Positions 1 to 7,544 of a DNA stretch of 47,021 nucleotides are shown piece after piece. The translations under genes and the position numbers were made by a program. The DNA lies in the NCBI GenBank assembly GCA_002763225.1, contig PFAI01000028.1, positions 1 through 47,021 on the forward strand, given 5' to 3'. The stretch's first letter is position 1; the number at the start of each line of letters is the position of its first letter. The notes beneath the pieces are model-generated. The model saw only the letters and a list, made by a program, of their open reading frames with translations. It was not told where the DNA came from and searched no databases. Source of the DNA: Candidatus Diapherotrites archaeon CG10_big_fil_rev_8_21_14_0_10_31_34 (GTDB taxonomy: Archaea; Iainarchaeota; Iainarchaeia; Iainarchaeales; 1-14-0-10-31-34).

Positions 1-134
1 CATAAAAGGAATAGCCTACAACATAGAGCACATAGATAAAACAATAAAAATCAGGTTAATTATAACCTGCTAAGGATTTCTACACCGCCTAGAAAACAGA
101 AAAGCTTAAATATCTCTTTTTACATAATCTTTTA

Positions 135-356
135 ATGGAAAAAAATACATTAATTAGTTTAGTAATTGGATTAATAGTTTTTGCAATAGTGCTTTTTATT
201 ATAGCAGACAGTGCTTTTTGCACTGATATTTCAAAAGAAGCTTGTTTTAATTCAGTTTTGTTTCATCCAGTTTCAATAATTATGGCACTTATTATAGGGC
301 TAATTGTTTTTGTAATTGCCTATTTTGTTACTAAACGATTTAACTCTTCCAAGTAA
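135..356 (+). CDS. Small two-TM membrane protein, unknown function
   Basis: 73-aa ORF with two hydrophobic helices joined by a CTDISKEAC loop; BRE/TATA-like GAAAAGCTTAAATA about 25 nt upstream. Confidence 0.7.
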   Translation: MEKNTLISLVIGLIVFAIVLFIIADSAFCTDISKEACFNSVLFHPVSIIMALIIGLIVFVIAYFVTKRFNSSK

Positions 357-401
357 CTTGAATCTGATCAGTCCTTTGTTTTGGTAAAATTTTGCTGTCT
401 T

Positions 402-1520
402 TTATTTTAGTCCTTTTTCAGAATATAAATATGTAGTTTGACTTTTGTCAACATTAATCAAATTTTCTTTCTCTAATTGTTTTAAATAATGTGAAATTAC
501 ACGCTTTTTTTTATTTAATCTATCTGCAAAGTCTTTAGCAGTGCTTTTTTTGTTAAGTTTTTTTAATTTGTTCAAATAATATTTTTTGGCAGTATTTCTT
601 ATTACTTGCTTTTTTTTGTAAGTTAATAATATTTTCTTAAATTTGTTCTTCTTATTCTGGTGATTCAAATTAAAGCTCAATTCTTTCAATTTCTTAAACT
701 TTTGATAACTGGTAATAGTTAATTGGGTTATTTGTTTGCCTTTATTAATTGATGCTGAGATTCCAACTTTTTTGAGAAGCTTTTTCCATTCTAATAAATA
801 TTTTTCATTTTGCATTCTCACTCTTATCCTTCTGTTAAGTTTATATTGATTAATGCTTCCTTCGCAATCAACAACGACTCCAAAAACAGGCGCGATAATT
901 TCTTTTGGTGTTGTTTTTAAATACTCATTAATTTCTATTGTAAGTGAATTTGTTTTTTCTTCCAAAATTTCTCTTAAAAAAGTAGTAAAACATTTGTTGG
1001 AAGCTCTGAGTGTGCAATAAACAAAGCTATTAGAATTACTAATTTTGAACTCATTTTGAGTTATTGTCGTGTTAATGTTAATTTTTTGATCGCCATATTT
1101 TAAAGAATACTTTGAAGATTCAAAGTTACTCCAAAATGAAATCCTGTCTAATTCATTTGAAAAACCATTCCTGCCAAAATGGAATTTTTTTGTTTTATTA
1201 TTTTCATATGATTCTATTTTATTTTTTTCATTCCATTCTTTTGGAATTTTAATTCTTATGTTTAATAATTTTGATGTTTTGATTCCCTGTTCTTCTAGTA
1301 AAGATTCAAATAATTTTATTAGTTCTGGTGTTTTGCTAGTAATTGAAATGCGTCCTTTTTTGTTTCACCACCCTTCAACTTTTAAAGCTTCTACAAGCAT
1401 TGCTAGTTCTAAATAGTATTCACTGCGTTTTAATAGAAATGAATTTTTAGCATGTTTAGTTTTTACTAAAATTTTGTTTTTATCATTTGTAATTTGGAAT
1501 GTTTCATTATCAATAAGCAT
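402..1520 (-). pseudogene. Double-motif LAGLIDADG endonuclease-like protein with C-terminal HTH, interrupted by one in-frame TGA
   Basis: Manual translation from ATG 1520: MLIDNET...LAMLVEALKVEGW*NKKGRISITSKTPELIKLFESLLEEQGIK...VFGVVVDCEGS...TAKDFADRLNKKKRVISHYLKQLEKENLI. The frame is open for 373 codons except TGA at 1367-1365. The track ORF 402-965 is the 3' half. Confidence 0.75.
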
Positions 1521-1580
1521 ACTTAAAATAGATTTCTCTTTTTTTTAAATGAAAACGAAACGCCAAGTTGCTGGTGATGT

Positions 1581-2561
1581 TCATGTCCAAGTAATCTGAA
1601 TTTGATCTGTACGTTCCTTTGGTCTTATCTGACTTTCTGATAGTTTTGTTGTAATTCCATTTTTGAACATTAAAAGTCCTAGCCAGCTGATTTGTGTGCC
1701 ATTATCCACGCAGACTTCTCTTGGAGGAACAAAAAATTTTGCTTTTCTTTGTTTGCACATTTCTTTCATCATTTTTCTTAATGCATTGCTTGAAGCAACT
1801 CCTCCGGTCAAAAGCAGTTCTTTTTTTCCTGTGTGCGCCATTGCCCTTTCAGAAACCTCTGTCAGCATTGAAAAAGCAGTATGCATTAAACTATACACTA
1901 AATCTTTTTCGTTTTCTTTTTTGATTTTTTGTTTTCCTGCTGTAAGCAGGCCGGAAAAAGCCAAGTCCATTCCTTTAACAGTATAAGGCAGTTCAATAAA
2001 TTTTTTTCCAGTAAAATACATTTCATCCATTTTTGGGCCGGCAGGAAATCCCAGATGTATTTCTCTTCCAAAAACATCCAAAAAATTTCCTATTCCAATA
2101 TCAATTGTTTCCCCGAAAACCCTGTATCTTCCTTGTTCTAAACCAATAATCTGTGTATTGGCGCCGGAAGCATAACAAGTAATTGGATCTTTTGCTTTTG
2201 TAAGTTTCCTGCCGATTTCAATGTGTGCAATGCAATGATTTACCCCAACCAAAGGCTTGTTATGTATAAGAGAAAGAGTTCTTGCTGTTACTGCTCCTAC
2301 TCTCAAACAATTTCCTAATCCAGGTCCTTGAGAGAACGCAACCAAATCAATTTCTTTCCATGAAACATCTGCTTTTTCAAGTGCATTCTGAATTACTTTT
2401 TTTGCATTTTTATAATGAAAGTCTGCTGCTTCTCTTGGATGAATTCCAACAGAATCTTTTTTAACATAAGAAATTTTTTCGTTTGCAAGAATTTTGCATT
2501 TTTCGTTTACTATTCCTATCCCGAAAGTATGTGCAGTTGACTCAATTCCTAAACAAATCAT
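1581..2561 (-). CDS. kae1: KEOPS tRNA t6A transferase Kae1 (standalone, no Bud32 fusion)
   Basis: LGIESTAHT, SQGPGLG, NHCIAHIE, SGANTQ, GETIDIGIGN motifs. Confidence 0.97.
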   Translation of the reverse strand: MICLGIESTAHTFGIGIVNEKCKILANEKISYVKKDSVGIHPREAADFHYKNAKKVIQNALEKADVSWKEIDLVAFSQGPGLGNCLRVGAVTARTLSLIHNKPLVGVNHCIAHIEIGRKLTKAKDPITCYASGANTQIIGLEQGRYRVFGETIDIGIGNFLDVFGREIHLGFPAGPKMDEMYFTGKKFIELPYTVKGMDLAFSGLLTAGKQKIKKENEKDLVYSLMHTAFSMLTEVSERAMAHTGKKELLLTGGVASSNALRKMMKEMCKQRKAKFFVPPREVCVDNGTQISWLGLLMFKNGITTKLSESQIRPKERTDQIQITWT

Positions 2562-3172
2562 TTTTTCGCCATCTTTTTGATGAAACTTTTTCTAAAAGTT
2601 TCTATTTCTTTTAAAGTTGTTTTTCCTTTTCTCACAATCTTTTTTTCTTGAACATCATAAATCGTGCTTGGTTCATTTTCTGCAAGAGTTTTTGCATCAA
2701 AAATAAAGTCAACTTTTTTTCCAAGTATTTTGACTGCTTCTTTAAAAGAATAAATTGGTTTTTTTCCTGAAAGGTTTGCGCTGGTTGAAATTATTGGTTC
2801 GCCTATTGTTTCAACAATTGAGTTTGCAATTTCATTTGAACTAATCCTTAAAGCAATTGTTTTTTCGCTTACTTCTTTTGGAATTAATTCTGTCCCTCTT
2901 GTTTTTTTCGGTACAATCAAAGTTAAATTCCCTTTAAATTCTTCAAGCAGTTTTTCTGCTTCAGGATTTATTTCAGCAAATTTTTGGGCCATTTCTTTTG
3001 AAGAAACAAGAATTACAAATGGTTTTTTTCTGTCTTGTTTTATTTCCCTGATTCTTTTAATTGATTTAATATCACTTATTTTACAGCCTATTCCATAACT
3101 TGTTTCTGTGGGATAAACTATTACCCCGTTTTTTTTCAGCACAAATACTGCTGTTTTTATTCCAACATTCAT
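2558..3172 (-). CDS. sua5: Threonylcarbamoyl-AMP synthase (single-domain Sua5/YrdC)
   Basis: YPTETSYGIG, STSANLSG and PSTI motifs; overlaps the kae1 start. Confidence 0.92.
   Translation of the reverse strand: MNVGIKTAVFVLKKNGVIVYPTETSYGIGCKISDIKSIKRIREIKQDRKKPFVILVSSKEMAQKFAEINPEAEKLLEEFKGNLTLIVPKKTRGTELIPKEVSEKTIALRISSNEIANSIVETIGEPIISTSANLSGKKPIYSFKEAVKILGKKVDFIFDAKTLAENEPSTIYDVQEKKIVRKGKTTLKEIETFRKSFIKKMAKK
2575..2602. repeat. AT-rich palindrome copy inside the sua5 3' end
   Basis: TTTTGAT-GAAACTTTT-TCT-AAAAGTTTC; encodes ETFRKSFIK. Confidence 0.75.
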
Positions 3173-3696
3173 TAAATCACCAGAATCAGGCTGACTGCAT
3201 TAAACGCCATGTGCCCTAAAATTACTGGAATCAAATTATTGGTTTTTTTAAAATAATAAGCTAAAAACAATCCTGCAATAAATGCTCCTATTATCTCAAT
3301 TATCGAACCATACATAAAATGGGCTAACCCAAAAATAATTGAAGAACCAAAAATGCCGATTTTTGTTACTAAAAATCCTCTGAAAAAAATTTCTTCTGCA
3401 AAAACCCTTACAACTAAATAGTATAACATTAGAAAAGGGCTTACTTCAACTATTGTTTTGACTGTTTCATTTACCTTATCTAAATCATTTACTTGAATTA
3501 AACTGCTTGCAATTGATATGGCAAACATTATTGCAATCAATCCGGCTAAAATTTGAATTGAGTTTTTTGTCAGTTCTTTTTTGTCTATTTTTTTGATTCC
3601 CAGTTCTTCAAAAGATTTTTTTATTGAATGATTTTTGAAGTAATAATAAATTAATGGAAAGAGAATCAGAATTAAATCCAGTGAAATTATTTGCAT
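3172..3696 (-). CDS. CPBP (Abi/CAAX) family intramembrane protease
   Basis: AEEIFFRG, FGLAH and HMAFN motifs, multiple TMs; start probably ATG 3696 rather than 3735. Confidence 0.92.
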   Translation of the reverse strand: MQIISLDLILILFPLIYYYFKNHSIKKSFEELGIKKIDKKELTKNSIQILAGLIAIMFAISIASSLIQVNDLDKVNETVKTIVEVSPFLMLYYLVVRVFAEEIFFRGFLVTKIGIFGSSIIFGLAHFMYGSIIEIIGAFIAGLFLAYYFKKTNNLIPVILGHMAFNAVSLILVI

Positions 3697-3707
3697 TATT
3701 TTTTGGA

Positions 3708-3905
3708 TTATTTTTGTTCCCCTTTGTCTTTCCATTCAGTGTAAGAACAGTTTCCACAAGAATACCTGTTTTTGTGTTCAGCTAAAAATACCCCTGAACC
3801 ACATTTAGGGCAGAACTTGCTTTTTCTTTTTAGTTCTCCGCCTTTTACTTCATATTTTTCTGATTTCTTTGAATTTGGGTGTTTTTTTCTAACTTTTTTT
3901 GTCAT
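3708..3905 (-). CDS. rps27ae: 30S ribosomal protein S27ae (eS31)
   Basis: [23 protein letters not shown] zinc ribbon. Confidence 0.97.
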   Translation of the reverse strand: MTKKVRKKHPNSKKSEKYEVKGGELKRKSKFCPKCGSGVFLAEHKNRYSCGNCSYTEWKDKGEQK

Positions 3906-3921
3906 TTATTTCACCTTGTTT

Positions 3922-4008
3922 TTTTGATGCAGCTTTTTTCTAAAAAGTTGCTTTTGATTAAACTTTTCCTAAAAGTTTTTTTTGTTAAACCTTTTTTTAA
4001 AAGTTTTT
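3922..4008. repeat. Three tandem copies of the AT-rich palindrome
   Basis: TTTTGAT-GCAGCTTTTT-TCT-AAAAAGTTGC (3922), TTTTGAT-TAAACTTTT-CCT-AAAAGTTT (3952), TTTTGTT-AAACCTTTT-TTT-AAAAGTTT (about 3980). Confidence 0.85.
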
Positions 4009-4009
4009 T

Positions 4010-4148
4010 GCAGTGCTATCGCAGACCCGCTTTCGTGCGGGTGTAACGGTGCACCACTTTCAGTGGTGCTAGCCCCGTGCAAAGCACGGTGCCTCGTACT
4101 CAACTGCTGAAACAGTTGTTTTGATTAAACTTTTTTTAAAAGTTTACT
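4010..4148. repeat. GC-rich multi-hairpin REP/BIME-like element, copy A
   Basis: 4025-4148 matches 10665-10788 at 123/124 nt; four GC hairpins followed by the AT palindrome. Confidence 0.9.
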
Positions 4149-4152
4149 CACC

Positions 4153-4515
4153 TTACTTTTTTTTCTTTTTACTTTCAAGTTTCTTTTTTTCTTTTGCTGC
4201 TTTTTTTGATTCTTTTGTTTTTTTTATTCTTTCTTTGTCTCCAGCAAAATTTCTTCCCAGAACATAATCTAATTCAACTTCTTTCATTTTTTCTTTGTCT
4301 TTGTATGTTCTTGCTTTTCCTGTGCAATACTTTTCTCCAAAATTTTGCTTTATTTCTGTTATTACTGTTGAATCAGAGTTTGATTCAGTTAAAGCTGAAA
4401 TTTTTTCTTTTAAGTCTGTTATTTTTGGTGTTGAATTAATTTCTGTTACTTTAAAGTCTATTTCTTCTCTTGAAAGTAATGGATTGCTTTTTTTGTTGGT
4501 TATTTCTACTTTCAT
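4153..4515 (-). CDS. rps24e: 30S ribosomal protein S24e
   Basis: NPLLSREEIDF...IKQNFG...GKARTY; conserved position after spt4. Confidence 0.93.
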   Translation of the reverse strand: MKVEITNKKSNPLLSREEIDFKVTEINSTPKITDLKEKISALTESNSDSTVITEIKQNFGEKYCTGKARTYKDKEKMKEVELDYVLGRNFAGDKERIKKTKESKKAAKEKKKLESKKKKK

Positions 4516-4536
4516 TGTGATTCCTCCGGTTTCTTT

Positions 4537-4731
4537 TTATCTGCTTAATCTTAATGCGTGTTTTCCTGTGGTTGTAATTCCCATTTTTTTTGCTATCTCT
4601 GATTTTTCCGGGTCAGTTATTACTACATAGCCTCTCCAGAAAGTAGTAAAGCTGTTGCTTCCACAGTTAGGACATTTGTCTCCTTCTTCTATTACCCTTC
4701 TGCATTCTCTGCATGCTTTTCCTTTACTCAT
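4537..4731 (-). CDS. spt4: Transcription elongation factor Spt4 (RpoE'')
   Basis: KACRECRR...CPNCGS...WRGYVVITDPEKSEIAKKMGI. Confidence 0.97.
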   Translation of the reverse strand: MSKGKACRECRRVIEEGDKCPNCGSNSFTTFWRGYVVITDPEKSEIAKKMGITTTGKHALRLSR

Positions 4732-4751
4732 TTATTCTCCAACTCCATTTT

Positions 4752-4779
4752 TTTTGATTAAACTTTTTTTAAAAGTTTA
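4752..4779. repeat. AT palindrome copy supplying the last codons and stop of rpoE1
   Basis: TTTTGAT-TAAACTTTT-TTT-AAAAGTTTA; reads KLLKKV* on the minus strand. Confidence 0.85.
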
Positions 4780-5399
4780 TTTTTCTGGGTTTTTTTTTCA
4801 ATTTCTTTTTTTTCTACTTTTGGTGTGTTTTCTTTTCCTTTCTTTATTTTTTCTTTTCTTTTTAAGTCTATTGCAAGCCATTCCTCTTTTCCTAATCCTG
4901 GCTGTCTCATTGTTAAACCTAATTTTGAATTTGGGATATTCCCTTTTAGACTGCAGGTTACAATTCTTGCTATTACTTGGTCTTCTAAACCCAGTTTTTT
5001 GTTTGTTTCTTTTCCAATAAACCCTGGGCCTTTTGCATCATAATTAATATAATCATTCATTATCTGGCTTACATGAATTAATCCTTCTATTGGTCCTGTT
5101 CTGACAAATGCCCCGAATTCAGTTATTTCTGTTATTGTTCCTTCAACTATTTCTTTTGGTTCTGGTTTGTAAACTAATGCCTTATATTCTGATTCATAGT
5201 AGGCTGATCCGTCCCCTGGAATTACTTTTCCTTCTCCTACTTTGTCTACTTCTAATACGGCAACAATTACTCCGACACTTTCATCTACTATTCCTTCATA
5301 TTCCTCTTTTACTATTTTTAAAATTGATTCTTCCAGTTTTCCTCCAAAGTCTTTTGGCGGGACCCTTACAGTGTCTTTCATTGAAATTATTGCATACAT
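4758..5399 (-). CDS. rpoE1: RNA polymerase subunit E' (Rpo7)
   Basis: VRVPP, GKVIPGDG, FGAFVRTGPIEGLIHVSQI, LGLTMRQPGLGK. Confidence 0.97.
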   Translation of the reverse strand: MYAIISMKDTVRVPPKDFGGKLEESILKIVKEEYEGIVDESVGVIVAVLEVDKVGEGKVIPGDGSAYYESEYKALVYKPEPKEIVEGTITEITEFGAFVRTGPIEGLIHVSQIMNDYINYDAKGPGFIGKETNKKLGLEDQVIARIVTCSLKGNIPNSKLGLTMRQPGLGKEEWLAIDLKRKEKIKKGKENTPKVEKKEIEKKTQKNKLLKKV

Positions 5400-5415
5400 T
5401 TTGTTTCCTCCTTAT

Positions 5416-5796
5416 TTATTCAACAACAATAACCTTTTTTTGTCTTACGAATGCGGTTTTAAAACCTTTCTTTTTTATTGCTCTTCTTAACTCTTTATCA
5501 TTGGTTGCTATAATAAAACCTTGTTCTGCTAATTCCTTCATTTTTTTATCTGCTTCCTGGTTTTCTCCTTTAATTATTTTGCATTTTTTTTTAATCATTA
5601 TTTCTGCTATTAAAACATTTTTTGCTTTTGTTTTGTTTTCTTTTTTTAGTTTTTCCATTTCATGTAATACTTCTGTTGGAACAAAAAATTCTGTTTTTCC
5701 CAAAAATTTTTCTATTTCCTCAAAAACATCTAGTTTTAGTTCTCCTATTGCTAAAAGCATGTTTGTATCTAACACTACTTTATTGAATTTCTCCAT
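5416..5796 (-). CDS. PIN-domain protein (Fcf1/Utp24-like)
   Basis: VVLDTNML, VPTEVLHE, AD, IATNDKELR; conserved position between aIF2g and rpoE1. Confidence 0.92.
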   Translation of the reverse strand: MEKFNKVVLDTNMLLAIGELKLDVFEEIEKFLGKTEFFVPTEVLHEMEKLKKENKTKAKNVLIAEIMIKKKCKIIKGENQEADKKMKELAEQGFIIATNDKELRRAIKKKGFKTAFVRQKKVIVVE

Positions 5797-6985
5797 AAGC
5801 AATTAATCTCCATCTTGTTGCATCTTTTATGCTTACTGCAATTCTTTGTCCTTTGTCTACTGAAATTGGAACTTTAAGCGTAACGTCAATTAAATCTTTT
5901 TTTAGTGAAACAATGGTTCCAATTGTTGTTGCTGTTCCGGCACTTAATACAATTATTTCTCCTTGTTTTACTTCGTTTTTTTTGTCTGTTATTTCTCTTT
6001 TAAAGTAATTTAATTTCATTTTTATTTCTGAAACAGGATCTGAAACTGTTCCTATTTTTCCCAGTACATTTCCTTTCATTTGATCGTTTTTTGTTAAATT
6101 TGGATCAATTAAAGTTTTAACTGAAATTAATCCGCCTGGAACTGCTTTTTTTATGGTTCCTCCGGCAGTGCTTAATTCAACTACTTTTATTTTTGTTTTT
6201 TTATTGTTTATTCCAGGGCTTAACTCCAGTTCATCTCCTTCTTCTATTTTTCCCTGAAGTATTGTTCCGCCTAAAACCCCTCCAACTATTTCTTTTGGTT
6301 TTGCGCCTGGTTTGTTAATGTCAAAACTTCTTGCAATAAACATTTTTACTGGTTTTTTTTCATCTACTTTTGGGGAAGGAATATTTTTTTCTATTGCTTC
6401 AATCAATAAATCCATGTTTGTTCCGAAATGTGCGGCAGTTGGAATTATTTCAACTTTTTCGTATTCAAATTCTTTCAGGAAATTTTTTATTTGCTTGTAA
6501 TTTTCTTCTGCTTTTTTTTTGTCAACTAAATCTATTTTGTTTTGTGCTACAACAATGTTTTTTATTCCGCTGATTTTTAATGCCATTAAATGTTCTTTTG
6601 TTCTTGGTTGAGGGCAGAATTCATTTGCGGCTATTACTAGTATTGCTCCATGCATTAATGCTGCTCCTGAAAGCATTGTAGTCATTAGGGTTTCGTGTCC
6701 TGGCGCATCAACAAAACTTACTTTTCTTAATTTTTTTCCTTTTTTTTCGCAGTTAGGGCACTTTTCTTTTGTAGAAAAAGCTTCTGCTCCTTTGCAGTCA
6801 GGACACTTATAAAATACTGTGTCTGCATAACCTAATCTGATTGAAATTCCTCTTTTTAGTTCTTCTGAATGAGTGTCAGTCCATTTTCCGCTTAATGCCT
6901 GGGTTATGGAAGTTTTTCCATGGTCAACATGGCCTATTAAGCCAATGTTAACTTCTGCTTGTTCTGCTTCTTTTTTCATTTTCAT
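5780..6985 (-). CDS. eif2g: Translation initiation factor aIF2 gamma
   Basis: GHVDHGKT, EELKRGISIRLGY, zinc knuckle, DAPGHETLM, NKID. Confidence 0.98.
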   Translation of the reverse strand: MKMKKEAEQAEVNIGLIGHVDHGKTSITQALSGKWTDTHSEELKRGISIRLGYADTVFYKCPDCKGAEAFSTKEKCPNCEKKGKKLRKVSFVDAPGHETLMTTMLSGAALMHGAILVIAANEFCPQPRTKEHLMALKISGIKNIVVAQNKIDLVDKKKAEENYKQIKNFLKEFEYEKVEIIPTAAHFGTNMDLLIEAIEKNIPSPKVDEKKPVKMFIARSFDINKPGAKPKEIVGGVLGGTILQGKIEEGDELELSPGINNKKTKIKVVELSTAGGTIKKAVPGGLISVKTLIDPNLTKNDQMKGNVLGKIGTVSDPVSEIKMKLNYFKREITDKKNEVKQGEIIVLSAGTATTIGTIVSLKKDLIDVTLKVPISVDKGQRIAVSIKDATRWRLIAYGEIQ

Positions 6986-6998
6986 CTTCTCGTTTTTT

Positions 6999-7046
6999 GC
7001 AGTACGGGCTTGTCCCGTACCTCGTATTCAACTGCCGAAACAGTTG
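6999..7046. repeat. Short variant of the GC-rich hairpin element (copy C)
   Basis: GCA-GTACGGG-CTTGT-CCCGTAC-CTCGTATT-CAACTG-CCGAAA-CAGTTG; shares the CCTCGTAYTCAACTGCYGAAACAGTTG module with copies A and B. Confidence 0.85.
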
Positions 7047-7544
7047 TTAAGCTTTCTTAATTTTTCCTTTTGCTGTTTTTGCATCTCCTGCCAGTTCCAC
7101 ATTACCTACATTTTCCAGTGAATCTTTAACCAGTTTTTCTTTTGCGCTAATTTTTTCTTCTTTTTTGTCTTCTGTGATTTCTTTCCCAAATATTTCTTCT
7201 AGTTTTTTTGTTCCTTGTTTTGTTATAACCAAATTAACTTGTTCTGTTTCTTCACTAATAGTGTTTCCTCTTACACTGACTCTTTTTCTTTCTCCTTTTC
7301 GTTTTGGATGAAAGCCAATGCCACCTTTAATGAAAATTTTTTTTCTTGCGATTCCAGGAATATCTGTTCTCATTGGAAATCCTTGTTTGTCGCTGCCTCC
7401 GCTGATTTTTGCTTCATATCCTTCTAATCCAATGGAATCCAGTTTTACTTGTTCTCCTATTTTTTTGTTTAATAATAATGCTGTTGTTTCAACTTTTTTT
7501 CCAAAAGCTTTTCTGGTTTTTGGATCACTTAATACTATGTTCAT
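7047..7544 (-). CDS. rps6e: 30S ribosomal protein S6e (with C-terminal extension)
   Basis: IVLSDP, GGSDKQGFPMR, GERKRVSVRGN. Confidence 0.97.
   Translation of the reverse strand: MNIVLSDPKTRKAFGKKVETTALLLNKKIGEQVKLDSIGLEGYEAKISGGSDKQGFPMRTDIPGIARKKIFIKGGIGFHPKRKGERKRVSVRGNTISEETEQVNLVITKQGTKKLEEIFGKEITEDKKEEKISAKEKLVKDSLENVGNVELAGDAKTAKGKIKKA

Noticed and set aside
52..69. CAGGTTA/TAACCTG inverted repeat at the window start
   Set aside because: Single short hairpin with no context; a function cannot be supported
1365..1367. Alternative genetic code or selenocysteine at the in-frame TGA
   Set aside because: TGA is the normal stop of many conserved genes here (kae1, rpl7ae, rps9, rpl2), and the other interrupted gene uses TAA
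3922..4148. CRISPR mini-array
   Set aside because: Repeats are degenerate and directly adjacent without unique ~35-nt spacers; copies are dispersed; no cas genes in the window
4025..4148. tRNA, 5S rRNA or hammerhead ribozyme
   Set aside because: No T-loop or cloverleaf, no 5S motifs, and no CUGAnGA core seen on either strand; other ribozyme classes are not excluded without an Rfam search
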